From an uncultured Maribacter sp. (GTDB lineage: Bacteria; Bacteroidota; Bacteroidia; Flavobacteriales; Flavobacteriaceae), in the NCBI RefSeq assembly GCF_963974015.1, contig NZ_CAXBBZ010000007.1, positions 64,126 through 128,125 on the forward strand: a stretch of DNA of 64,000 nt. The letters are read 5' to 3'. Position 1 is the first letter of the stretch, and each line of letters opens with the position of its first letter. The position numbers and the translations under genes are program-made. Positions 8,608 to 18,140 of this stretch are shown piece after piece. Below the pieces are notes generated by a model, which was given only the letters and a program-made list of their open reading frames with translations, was not told where the DNA came from and did no database searches.

Positions 8608-11600
8608 TTATTTTTTTATTTCAAATTGGTAACTACCCGAAGTCAATTCTAATACCACTTTAGGGTCTTGCATTGGTGAAATTCGAACGCCTTTTGCCTT
8701 TTCAATTGTCTTGCCAGCTAGGGTAATTTTGTTAACGCTCTCAATAGGCAGTCTTAAAGTTGCGGTTGTATTTGCGGGCACGGTAACCGTATACTTCCAT
8801 CCTTCATTTTCCCATTGCCATTCACTTGAGATACGCCCGTACATACTATCATAATATCCCTTTGCAAATGTCATTTCCTTAGTAGGATCAGGAGTAGGTT
8901 CTAACACAAAATGCTTGAATCCAGCTGTATTGGGATCGCGTTGAATGCCTAAAGAATAATTATACATCCAAGCGGCAACCGCACCAAAAGAGTAATGATT
9001 AAAAGAATTCATACTATTATTACCTCCAAATCCATTTTCAACGGTATAGGAATTTAATCGCTCCCAAATAGTAGTAGCACCATTTTTTACGGAATATAAC
9101 CATGAAGGGTACGAAGTCTGTTGCAATAATTTATAGGCAACTTCATGTTTGCCATTTTCAGAAAGGGCATTATTAAGGGATGCTGTTCCGATAAAACCGG
9201 TCATTAAAGAATATTCGGGTCGCTCGGCACCAAGCTCATCTTTATTAATACGTTGAATTGCGGCCACTAAATTGGCAATGACCTTTTCTTTATTCTGAAC
9301 ATTTAACACATCAAAATTTAATGGGATCGCATAAGAAGCTTGAGTGTCCACAAAATCTCCTGCTTTTTTCGTCATCTCAGGCGGTAATGGGGGGCCAAAA
9401 CGCATGGATTGATTTCCCAAATGCAGCGTTTTTCCCGTGATTTCATCAAAATAAGTGGCATTTAAGAATTTCTTTCTTTCCTCATATTGATTTCTAAATT
9501 TTTCAACATCTGCAGGTTTGTTCAACAGCTCTGCGGCTTCGGCCATTATTTCCAAATCGCGCAAATGATAAACTGTCCAAAACATGGTATCTTCATTTTT
9601 ATAGCCTTCCGGACTTAACCAATCGCCCAATGGTCCTTCGTTAATAACGCCGGTTTCGCTATCTATTTTTGAATTCAAAAATTCAACATACCGCTTCATG
9701 GCATCATAATGTTCCCTAAGCAACGCCAAATCACCATACTGTTGGTATACCTCCCACGCTACTATAATACCAGCGCTTCCCCAAAGGGTACCTCCAAATC
9801 CGCCACCTACAGGAGCTACATCTGTAAAACGACCATCTTCTCTTTGCACATCGCGCATTGCCAACATGTGGCGATTTAGAAATGGAGCTACATTGGCCAA
9901 ATAGGTAGAGGCTTCTGAAAAAACATTGATATCGCCACTCCAACCCATACGTTCGTTTCTAGCCGGTGTATCGGTTGGGATGGAAAGAAAATTACCTCTT
10001 AAGGACCAGGTAATGTTTTCCCATAATTTGTTGACCAATTCATTCGAGGATTCATACTTTGAAGCGATTTCTTTAATAGAACTCACGACCAATCCTTTAA
10101 CATCTTTCAAAGGAACTGCCTTATCAATTCCTGTAATTTCAAAATACCTGTACCCGTGAAATGTAAACCTGGGTTGAATGGTCTCCTCACCTCCTTTTCT
10201 AATATAAATGTCCTGTGTCAATGCCGCCCTTATATTTTCTAACATGACCATTCCTGTATTTTTCTGGTATTCAGATAGATTTGGGTATTTCACCTCTGCA
10301 TATCGAAGGGTAATAGTATCACCGGCTTGTCCTGGTGGTAGTTGTATTTTAGGGAAACCGACCATATTCTGATTCATGTCATACACAAAAACTCCAGGTC
10401 TTACCTCTTCCACTTTTACCGGGGCCAGTTCTTTAACAATACTTGTATTCTCCCCAATTTGCCCAATAAGCTTTAGGTCTTTATAGTTAAATTCCTCTGT
10501 TTGGTATGTATTCCCTTCCAATGGAACTTGTACTGCCGATTTCCATGAACTATCATTAAATTCTTTAGTAGGCCAACCGTTGATCCCCACTTCTTGTCGA
10601 GCATCGTAGACCTCCCCTTGAAAAAAACTACCATAACGCACAGGACCATCCGTAAACAATTTCCAATCCGTTTCATTGGTTTTAATTACTTGTATAGATC
10701 CATCGGTATAGGTAATGACCAGTTGGGCCAAAAGCGATTGACGATCACCGAAATAATTCCAGTTTTCACCACTATAGGTAATATTACCGCTCCACCAACC
10801 TTCGCCCAACCAGGCACCCAATACATTTTCGCCACCAGAAGAAATTTCACTGGTAACATCATAGCTCTGGTACATTTGGGTTTTATTGTACTGGGTAAGT
10901 CCCGGATTAAAATAGTCTTGCCCTACCCGTTTACCGTTTAAATACAGTTCATAAATACCACGGGCAGTTGCATAAACTCTGGCTTTTGCAATTTCTTTAT
11001 CTTCCACTGCAAATTCATTTCTCAAAATGGGCGAAGCGTTCTTACTTGGGTCGGCCACTACAAAAACAGATGCTTCATTTGCAGATAATTGATAGCCACC
11101 TTTCGTGACACTAAAATTTGCGAGCGATGTCATCGCTGAGGTAAAAATGCCATCGTATCCATTTATTTTCAAATCTTCATTAAAAAGCGCATTTGATGGT
11201 TCCCGAAAATTCTTGATTTGAACATCTGAAAAAATTGCTTTTTGACCAGCCGCTACATAAAAACCAATATCCGCCACCATTGGAAAACTGATATAATCAT
11301 TTCCTTTACCTACAGGATTTAAGTTAAAACCGACCTTACCTCTTGGAGGTGGCATAGCATCGTCGTTACCAGAAATTTTATGCTCATTGGAAGTACCGTT
11401 TAGAAACACTTCAAAAAGACCAAAGTTACATTCCGTAAAAAAAGTATGCTTGTTGAATTTATTTTCTTGATTTACAAGCGTTAAAGGAATATCGTAACTT
11501 TTGAAGGCTTTGGCATTACTATCTTCTGTTGTATACCCAACTCGATATACATTAAATTTCGCCAAACCATTTTCTGTACCATCAACTTTAGAGATATCCA

Positions 11601-12240
11601 ATTCAAATCGAATATAGCTTTGGTCCTTACCTACTTCAACCCCTTGTATATTCATATTCCGATTCATTAAACGGGTATCATTGGCACCGAAGACAAAAGA
11701 CGCCCTGCTACTATTTGTTTTCTTATCTAAGCGCAGAGCGTATTCCATTTTAAATACAGATAGGTAATGTGAGTACAATACCAAATCCTCATCCGAACCA
11801 CCAATCCATTGAGCACCATTCCATTGATTGGAATTAGGGTCGGCATCCATTAACCCTGTTTCAAACCAAGACTTTTTAGAACTAAATTTACCCTCCTCGT
11901 CCCAAACCTTCACTTCCCAAGTATAACGTGTTGTTGGTTCTAAATCTTGACCATCGTAGGCTATCGCTAAGGAATTTCCATTTTCTATTTTACCTGAATC
12001 CCAAGTAATCGTATTGGACTCATCTACCACCGTAATTTGATAAGCAGTCTGTATTTGTCCTTTTTTACTTGGATTGGTTTCCATTTGCCAGCTAAAACGC
12101 GGAGTAACAATATCAATACCTAATGGTTGTATCTGGTATTCGGTTTGGAGGTGTTGAATAGTTGACTGCGACCAACCAAATGAAAAATATAAAAAGCAAA
12201 CTAATTGTAAAAATTTAGAACTGAGAAGGTGGATTTTCAT
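8608..12240 (-). CDS. Secreted alpha-L-rhamnosidase, GH78 family, long form (1210 aa)
   Basis: Signal peptide. N-terminal PRFSWQM and TRYTWEVKVWD rhamnosidase N-domain motifs. Catalytic-domain TDTPARNERMGWSGD motif. An extra roughly 250-aa domain is inserted after the first beta-sandwich. Confidence 0.8.
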   Translation of the reverse strand: MKIHLLSSKFLQLVCFLYFSFGWSQSTIQHLQTEYQIQPLGIDIVTPRFSWQMETNPSKKGQIQTAYQITVVDESNTITWDSGKIENGNSLAIAYDGQDLEPTTRYTWEVKVWDEEGKFSSKKSWFETGLMDADPNSNQWNGAQWIGGSDEDLVLYSHYLSVFKMEYALRLDKKTNSSRASFVFGANDTRLMNRNMNIQGVEVGKDQSYIRFELDISKVDGTENGLAKFNVYRVGYTTEDSNAKAFKSYDIPLTLVNQENKFNKHTFFTECNFGLFEVFLNGTSNEHKISGNDDAMPPPRGKVGFNLNPVGKGNDYISFPMVADIGFYVAAGQKAIFSDVQIKNFREPSNALFNEDLKINGYDGIFTSAMTSLANFSVTKGGYQLSANEASVFVVADPSKNASPILRNEFAVEDKEIAKARVYATARGIYELYLNGKRVGQDYFNPGLTQYNKTQMYQSYDVTSEISSGGENVLGAWLGEGWWSGNITYSGENWNYFGDRQSLLAQLVITYTDGSIQVIKTNETDWKLFTDGPVRYGSFFQGEVYDARQEVGINGWPTKEFNDSSWKSAVQVPLEGNTYQTEEFNYKDLKLIGQIGENTSIVKELAPVKVEEVRPGVFVYDMNQNMVGFPKIQLPPGQAGDTITLRYAEVKYPNLSEYQKNTGMVMLENIRAALTQDIYIRKGGEETIQPRFTFHGYRYFEITGIDKAVPLKDVKGLVVSSIKEIASKYESSNELVNKLWENITWSLRGNFLSIPTDTPARNERMGWSGDINVFSEASTYLANVAPFLNRHMLAMRDVQREDGRFTDVAPVGGGFGGTLWGSAGIIVAWEVYQQYGDLALLREHYDAMKRYVEFLNSKIDSETGVINEGPLGDWLSPEGYKNEDTMFWTVYHLRDLEIMAEAAELLNKPADVEKFRNQYEERKKFLNATYFDEITGKTLHLGNQSMRFGPPLPPEMTKKAGDFVDTQASYAIPLNFDVLNVQNKEKVIANLVAAIQRINKDELGAERPEYSLMTGFIGTASLNNALSENGKHEVAYKLLQQTSYPSWLYSVKNGATTIWERLNSYTVENGFGGNNSMNSFNHYSFGAVAAWMYNYSLGIQRDPNTAGFKHFVLEPTPDPTKEMTFAKGYYDSMYGRISSEWQWENEGWKYTVTVPANTTATLRLPIESVNKITLAGKTIEKAKGVRISPMQDPKVVLELTSGSYQFEIKK

Positions 12241-12344
12241 AGCTTATTAAATTTATTTTGGATGGCATTAATTTCAGCCAATAACAATAATAAGAAACAA
12301 CTTTGAAAATACTATTCTGAACTGTTATGGTTGTTTAAAAAAGG

Positions 12345-13367
12345 CTAAAGCGATTTTCGTTGAATTACATAGAATGGATTCGCCAATTCTATTTTTTTAT
12401 GCTCTAAAATTAGATTTGCGGCCTGGGCACCTAAATTATAGAAATCTGTTGAAATTACGGTTATCCCATCCGCCAAAACTTCTTTAAGAATAGTGTCATT
12501 ATATGAAATAATACCAACATCATTCCCCAAAACGAAATTTGATGTCTTTATTTTCTTAAGTAAAATAACCAAATCGTCCTCCTTTAAATTAATATAAGCT
12601 GTATTGGGTTGTATGGTTTCAGTTTCCATATTGTTCACGTTGGAAAAATGGTATAAGTATTCTCCACAAAATCTTTGAAAACCTTTTTTTATCTCCTTTG
12701 GCTGGTACGTTTTATAACCAAGTATTAACTTTATCTGTCTATATTTTTCCAATAAAGGATTGAGTTCTATTAATGCTGAGTAGATGTCATTTTCAAAATC
12801 TTGGTAAACCGTGGCTACAGAATCACCTAAACCTTCTAACTTTTTATCTAACACTATAAGTTTGTTTAATGGAATTTCATTGCTCAAAAAGGGAACTAAA
12901 TCATCTCCACCTTCGTCAAAATGTGGAATAATCACATAATGCGTATAATCTCTAGATTTACTGGCCTGGATTAATTCTTTGAAGTGCCTATAATTATTCT
13001 CATAAATAAAAAAATCTACAGTAGCATTTTCTCCTATAGTTTTGGCAAATGAATCGTATATCAGTTTTTTATGGGCACTTAGCTTATTAAACAATAAAAA
13101 TACCCTTGCTTTTAATTTTAATCGATCATTCTTAATATAATATCCTTTGCCAGGTACTGAATCGATTATTTTTCTAGTCTTTAAATCATCATAAGCACGT
13201 ACAATAGTATCTCTTGAAATATCAAATTGATTAAGCAATTGATTTACAGATGGTAATTTGTCATTTAGCTTAATCTGGCCATTTTCTATTCCTGTCAATA
13301 TTGAATTTATAATCTGCTTATATTTAGGAATTTTGGAATGTTCATTAATATCAATTAATTTAAGCAT
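12345..13367 (-). CDS. Chimeric transcriptional regulator: GntR-type wHTH plus a LacI/GalR-like sugar-binding domain (AraR subfamily architecture); probable rhamnose-locus regulator
   Basis: N-terminus KIPKYKQIINSILTGIENGQIKLNDKLPSVNQLLNQFDISRDTIVRAYDDLKTRKIIDSVPGKGYYI is a GntR wHTH. The remaining roughly 260 aa resemble a periplasmic-binding-protein fold. Divergent from rhaEW. Confidence 0.7.
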   Translation of the reverse strand: MLKLIDINEHSKIPKYKQIINSILTGIENGQIKLNDKLPSVNQLLNQFDISRDTIVRAYDDLKTRKIIDSVPGKGYYIKNDRLKLKARVFLLFNKLSAHKKLIYDSFAKTIGENATVDFFIYENNYRHFKELIQASKSRDYTHYVIIPHFDEGGDDLVPFLSNEIPLNKLIVLDKKLEGLGDSVATVYQDFENDIYSALIELNPLLEKYRQIKLILGYKTYQPKEIKKGFQRFCGEYLYHFSNVNNMETETIQPNTAYINLKEDDLVILLKKIKTSNFVLGNDVGIISYNDTILKEVLADGITVISTDFYNLGAQAANLILEHKKIELANPFYVIQRKSL

Positions 13368-13464
13368 ACGACGAAGATTTGTAAGAGTACCTAACAGTGC
13401 AGAACACTTATTTGATTGTCAATGTATATGTTTGAGGTAATAATATCCGAAAATAAGTAGAAAT

Positions 13465-15564
13465 ATGAATACAAAGACCTTTAAACATGTAGATTTCCTT
13501 TGGGACGAAAAGAAAGCAGATGCTTTGGGAGACGATCAGGTTTCACTTTTTCTATACCGATCCAATATTCTTGGAGCAGATTTACGGATTACCAATTACG
13601 GTGGTGGTAATACAAGCTGTAAGACAATGGAAAAAGACCCTTTAACCAACAAGGAGGTTGAGGTTATGTGGATCAAAGGTTCAGGTGGCGATATTGGTAC
13701 CTTGACAAAAGCAGGAATTGCGGGATTATATACAGAAAGACTTCGTAATCTTAAGAATGTGTATGGTGGCCTACAAGATGAAGACCGCATGGTGGGTCTT
13801 TTCAACCATTGTATTTATGATTTGGATAGTAAGGCACCTTCTATAGATACTCCATTACATGGTCTACTTCCATTTAAACATATAGATCATTTACACCCCG
13901 ATGCTTTAATTGCCGTTGCTGCAGCTAAAGACAGCGAAAAGGTGACAAAAGAAATTTGGGGAGATACCATGGGTTGGGTACCATGGCAACGCCCAGGTTT
14001 TGACTTAGGTCTGCAACTTGAAAAATGTTTGAACGACAATCCTGGTATTCGAGGAATCGTTTTGGGCAGTCACGGTCTTTTTACTTGGGGAGATACGTCT
14101 TACGAATCGTATATCAATAGTTTGGAAGTCATTGAGATGGCTTCTGAATATATTGAAAAGAAAATAGTAGAAAAAGGAAGTGTTTTTGGTGGAGAAAAAC
14201 TAAAAAGCCTACCAAAAGAAGGTCGCTTGGAAAAAGCTGCACAGCTAATGCCTATGCTTAGGGGGTTATGTTCTTCTGAGGATAGAATGATCGGTCATTT
14301 CAACGATAGTGATGTTGTTTTACAATACATCAATAGTAATGATCTTGAGCGTTTGGCACCCATGGGCACTTCTTGCCCTGATCACTTTTTACGTACTAAA
14401 ATTCAACCTTTGATATTAAATTTAGGTACAGATACAGATACCAGTGATACCGAAGTCATTCTTAAAAAAGTAAAGCCGTCGTTTGAACAATACCGTCAAG
14501 AATACAAAGACTATTATGAAACCTGTAAAAAAGGCAATAGTCCCGCTATGCGTGACCCTAACCCCGTTATCATTATTTATCCGGGTGTTGGTATGTTCAG
14601 TTTTGCAAAAAACAAGCAGACTGCCAGAGTTGCCAATGAATTTTATGTAAACGCCATTAACGTAATGCGCGGTGCAGAGGCCATGACAGAATATACTTCC
14701 TTGCCTAGACAGGAAGCTTTTGATATTGAATATTGGTTGTTGGAAGAGGCAAAATTACAGCGCATGCCAAAGGAAAAGCCATTGTCTAGAAAAGTGGCTC
14801 TTATCACGGGAGCTGGAGGCGGCATTGGTAAGGCTATTGCGGATAAATTGGCTGCAGAAGGGGCGAACGTTGTATTGACCGATATTGCAGAAGATAGATT
14901 AAAAGAGGCTCTTGCCACCTATCCTGGGGATACGGCAAGTTATGCCATCTGTGATGTTACAAAAACTGAATCGATTACCGCTGCATATAAAAAAGCATGT
15001 ATAGATTTTGGAGGTGTTGACATTATTGTACACAGCGCCGGATTAGCAATTTCTAAACCTTTAGAGGAAACTACTGAAAAAGATTGGGACATTTTACAGA
15101 ATGTTCTGGTAAAAGGTCAATTCGAATTGGCAAAACAAGCCGTTGGGATTATGCGTCGGCAGGATTTAGGTGGGGATATCATCCACATAGCCAGTAAAAA
15201 CGGATTGGTTTCAGGACCAAACAATGTGGCTTATGGAACCGCAAAAGCGGCCCAGCAACATATGACCCGTTTATTGGCGGCTGAATTGGGTGGTGACCGC
15301 ATTCGCGTGAACACTGTAAATCCGGATGGTGTTATTGTAGGTAGTAAAATTTGGGAAGGCGATTGGGCCGAAGGTCGTGCTAAAGCCTATGGCATTACGG
15401 TCGAAGAACTACCGGCACATTATGCAAAAAGAAATTTATTGAATGAAATTATTTATCCAGCCGATATTGCCAACGGTGTTTTTGCATTAGTTGGCGTTTT
15501 AGATAAATCTACAGGTAATATTATCAATGTAGATGGCGGAATGGCAAACGCATTTGTCCGATAA
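13465..15564 (+). CDS. rhaEW: Bifunctional L-rhamnulose-1-phosphate aldolase / L-lactaldehyde dehydrogenase (class II aldolase fused to an SDR)
   Basis: 699 aa. The N-terminal roughly 430 aa are aldolase-like. The C-terminal SDR has ITGAGGGIGKA and YGTAKAA. The context includes rhaI and a kinase. Confidence 0.8.
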   Translation: MNTKTFKHVDFLWDEKKADALGDDQVSLFLYRSNILGADLRITNYGGGNTSCKTMEKDPLTNKEVEVMWIKGSGGDIGTLTKAGIAGLYTERLRNLKNVYGGLQDEDRMVGLFNHCIYDLDSKAPSIDTPLHGLLPFKHIDHLHPDALIAVAAAKDSEKVTKEIWGDTMGWVPWQRPGFDLGLQLEKCLNDNPGIRGIVLGSHGLFTWGDTSYESYINSLEVIEMASEYIEKKIVEKGSVFGGEKLKSLPKEGRLEKAAQLMPMLRGLCSSEDRMIGHFNDSDVVLQYINSNDLERLAPMGTSCPDHFLRTKIQPLILNLGTDTDTSDTEVILKKVKPSFEQYRQEYKDYYETCKKGNSPAMRDPNPVIIIYPGVGMFSFAKNKQTARVANEFYVNAINVMRGAEAMTEYTSLPRQEAFDIEYWLLEEAKLQRMPKEKPLSRKVALITGAGGGIGKAIADKLAAEGANVVLTDIAEDRLKEALATYPGDTASYAICDVTKTESITAAYKKACIDFGGVDIIVHSAGLAISKPLEETTEKDWDILQNVLVKGQFELAKQAVGIMRRQDLGGDIIHIASKNGLVSGPNNVAYGTAKAAQQHMTRLLAAELGGDRIRVNTVNPDGVIVGSKIWEGDWAEGRAKAYGITVEELPAHYAKRNLLNEIIYPADIANGVFALVGVLDKSTGNIINVDGGMANAFVR

Positions 15565-15597
15565 TACTTGAAACAGTTTAATCTAACTTCAAAAAAA

Positions 15598-16812
15598 ATG
15601 AAAAAAATAACATTCGTACTTATATTATCTCTCGCAATAGGTTGCAAACAATCTCCTAGTCAAGACAAAGTTGTTGATAATCCTCCGAATACTTCACATG
15701 ACCAAGGTGGGCCAACAGCCTATTTTGCCAAATTGCAGTCCGATGCCATACAGGAAGCCTTTGAAGGCATTACTACGGATAAGGGTAAAGAAACAGGGCT
15801 ATTCCCGATACGAACCACAGGGGTGAGTACCCAACCAATAAAAGAGGCCGCGGAAGAATTTTTGAATGCGATGAGCTCATCTCAAAAAGAACGGGCATCC
15901 TATGCCATTGAGGATGATGAATGGCGAAAATGGTGCAATGTTGACAATGGTATTTATGTAAGGCAAGGGGTAAGTTTAAAAGAGATGGACTCGCTTCAAA
16001 AAAGTATGGCCTTTAATTTAATGCAAACCTCTTTGAGTGCCAAAGGGCTTACCTTGAGTAAGGATATTATGAAAACGGACCAGACCTTAAAGGAACTAAA
16101 CAATGGGTCTGATGCCTACGATGAAGAACTATATTGGTTTACTTTCATGGGAACACCTTCAAATACGGAACCTTGGGGTTGGCAATTAGATGGTCACCAT
16201 TTGGTCATCAACTATTTTATATTAGGAGACCAAGTGGTCATGTCGCCCGTATTCATGGGAGGGGAACCAATTATCACGACATCTGGCAAATACAAAGGGA
16301 ATTCCATTTTTCAAGATGAGCAAAATTTAGGTTTAGCGCTAATGCAATCCTTTAGTGCCGCACAGCAAAAAGAAGCTACGCTTTCCATGACCAAAGAAAG
16401 AGATGTGGCAAAAGCGGAGGCGTTCAAGGACAATGCGATCATCAACTATGAAGGATTACCCATTTCTAAATTAACCGAATCCCAAAAAGAAGCGCTTTTA
16501 CAATTAACGGCACAGTATATCAATAATATTAGGGAAGGTCATCAACAGATTAAAATGGAAGAAATAAAAGCGCATCTTGATAACACTTGGTTCGCTTGGG
16601 TGGGCTCTACTGAAGATGACGCCGTATTTTATTACCGAATTCATAGTCCTGTTGTTTTGATAGAATTTGACCATCAAAAGGCCGTTGGAGTACCCCATGA
16701 CAAAAATAGCGGCCCTACTAGAAATCATATTCATACCGTGGTGAGAACGCCAAATGGAAATGACTATGGAAAGGATTTATTAAAACAACATTTGAAAGAA
16801 CATCATCATTAA
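15598..16812 (+). CDS. Exported lipoprotein resembling the DUF3500 family (unknown function)
   Basis: MKKITFVLILSLAIGCKQ lipobox. WQLDGHHLVINYF and FYYRIHSPVVLIEFDHQ motifs, which I associate with DUF3500. His-rich C-terminus KEHHH. The track ORF begins at a TTG at 15568, but the ATG at 15598 gives a proper signal peptide. Confidence 0.6.
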   Translation: MKKITFVLILSLAIGCKQSPSQDKVVDNPPNTSHDQGGPTAYFAKLQSDAIQEAFEGITTDKGKETGLFPIRTTGVSTQPIKEAAEEFLNAMSSSQKERASYAIEDDEWRKWCNVDNGIYVRQGVSLKEMDSLQKSMAFNLMQTSLSAKGLTLSKDIMKTDQTLKELNNGSDAYDEELYWFTFMGTPSNTEPWGWQLDGHHLVINYFILGDQVVMSPVFMGGEPIITTSGKYKGNSIFQDEQNLGLALMQSFSAAQQKEATLSMTKERDVAKAEAFKDNAIINYEGLPISKLTESQKEALLQLTAQYINNIREGHQQIKMEEIKAHLDNTWFAWVGSTEDDAVFYYRIHSPVVLIEFDHQKAVGVPHDKNSGPTRNHIHTVVRTPNGNDYGKDLLKQHLKEHHH

Positions 16813-16856
16813 TTACTATCGTATTGACTTATAAATTTACTGTTACTTAAATTCAG

Positions 16857-18137
16857 ATGAGAATCAACAAACAACATATAGCGGATGAAAATAAAAATTC
16901 ATCTGAAAACCATAAAGACGGTTTCGAATTTTTATCACATCAATTGGATAAACAAGATAAAGATGTGAATGCGATTCTTCGAAAATTGGCCGATTTTCAA
17001 GTAGCTATACCCAGTTGGGCATTAGGTGCAGGTGGTACTCGTTTTGGTAGATTCTCCTATTTTGGAGAACCATCTACTTTGGAACAAAAAATTGATGATG
17101 TAGGTGTTTTACATGCACTTACCAAAACGGCAGGCGCAATTTCATTACATATTCCTTGGGATATTCCACAAGACTATGATGCAATAAAAGAACGAGCAAA
17201 AATTAACGGATTAGTTTTTGACGCGGTAAATTCAAATACGTTTCAAGATCAAAAAGATGCAAAAGAAAGTTATCGTTTTGGCTCCTTATCAAATTTAAAT
17301 GCGTCGGCAAGAGAACAGGCCATTCAGCATAACATTGACGTCATTTATATAGGTAAAATATTGGGCTCTAAAAGTTTAACTGTGTGGTTGGCCGATGGCG
17401 CAAACTTTGCAGGTCAACGCAATTTTCAATCTTCATTGATTCATACAGAAAATAGCCTTAAAAGCATCTATTCAGAATTACCTGATGATTGGAAAATGTT
17501 TATAGAATATAAGCCTTATGAACCTAATTTCTATAGCACGGTAATTCAAGACTGGGGAACTTCGTTTATGTTGGCTAATGCCTGCGGAGAAAAAGCATAT
17601 ACTTTGGTCGACTTAGGTCATCATTTGCCAAACACAAATATTGAGCAAATCGTGTCAACTTTAATGCTTAAAGGCAAATTAGGCGGTTTTCATTTTAACG
17701 ATAGTAAATATGGCGATGATGATAGTACGGTAGGTAGTGTAAAACCATATGCCCTGTTTTTAATTTTCAATGAACTGGTGTATGGTATGGAAAATAACCC
17801 TCAGAATCCCGATTTAGCATGGATGATAGATGCCAGTCATAATATAAAAGACCCCTTAGAAGATTTACTGCAATCATTAGAGGCGATACAAGAAGCCTAT
17901 GCAAAAGCCTTATTGATAGATCAGGTAGAATTAAGAACGGCACAAGGTAGAAATGATGTGACACAGTGCCAAGAAATTTTACAGAATGCATACCGAACCG
18001 ATGTTCGACCTCTATTAGCTCAGGCAAGAGTATTATCAGGTGGCGCTATAAACCCTTTAAAATCATATCGCTCCTTAAGAATTCGAGAAGGATTGATTAA
18101 AGAAAGAGGCATGAATTCTGTTGCCACAGGATTATAA
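16857..18137 (+). CDS. rhaI: L-rhamnose isomerase, xylose-isomerase-like TIM-barrel type (RhaI type, not RhaA)
   Basis: 426 aa, the length of Pseudomonas stutzeri-type L-RhI. Sugar-phosphate isomerase/epimerase-like sequence (VDLGHH...FHFND). Placed between the aldolase and the kinase. Confidence 0.7.
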   Translation: MRINKQHIADENKNSSENHKDGFEFLSHQLDKQDKDVNAILRKLADFQVAIPSWALGAGGTRFGRFSYFGEPSTLEQKIDDVGVLHALTKTAGAISLHIPWDIPQDYDAIKERAKINGLVFDAVNSNTFQDQKDAKESYRFGSLSNLNASAREQAIQHNIDVIYIGKILGSKSLTVWLADGANFAGQRNFQSSLIHTENSLKSIYSELPDDWKMFIEYKPYEPNFYSTVIQDWGTSFMLANACGEKAYTLVDLGHHLPNTNIEQIVSTLMLKGKLGGFHFNDSKYGDDDSTVGSVKPYALFLIFNELVYGMENNPQNPDLAWMIDASHNIKDPLEDLLQSLEAIQEAYAKALLIDQVELRTAQGRNDVTQCQEILQNAYRTDVRPLLAQARVLSGGAINPLKSYRSLRIREGLIKERGMNSVATGL

Positions 18138-18140
18138 CAT

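Noticed and set aside
9731-10941. Several 67-115 aa ORFs on both strands within the GH78 gene
   Set aside because: They are embedded in a 1210-aa CDS with conserved GH78 motifs on the minus strand, so they are frame shadows.
13258-13440. 60-aa plus-strand ORF overlapping the N-terminus of the GntR-type regulator
   Set aside because: It is antisense to the wHTH-coding region and runs into the promoter region, with no supporting features.
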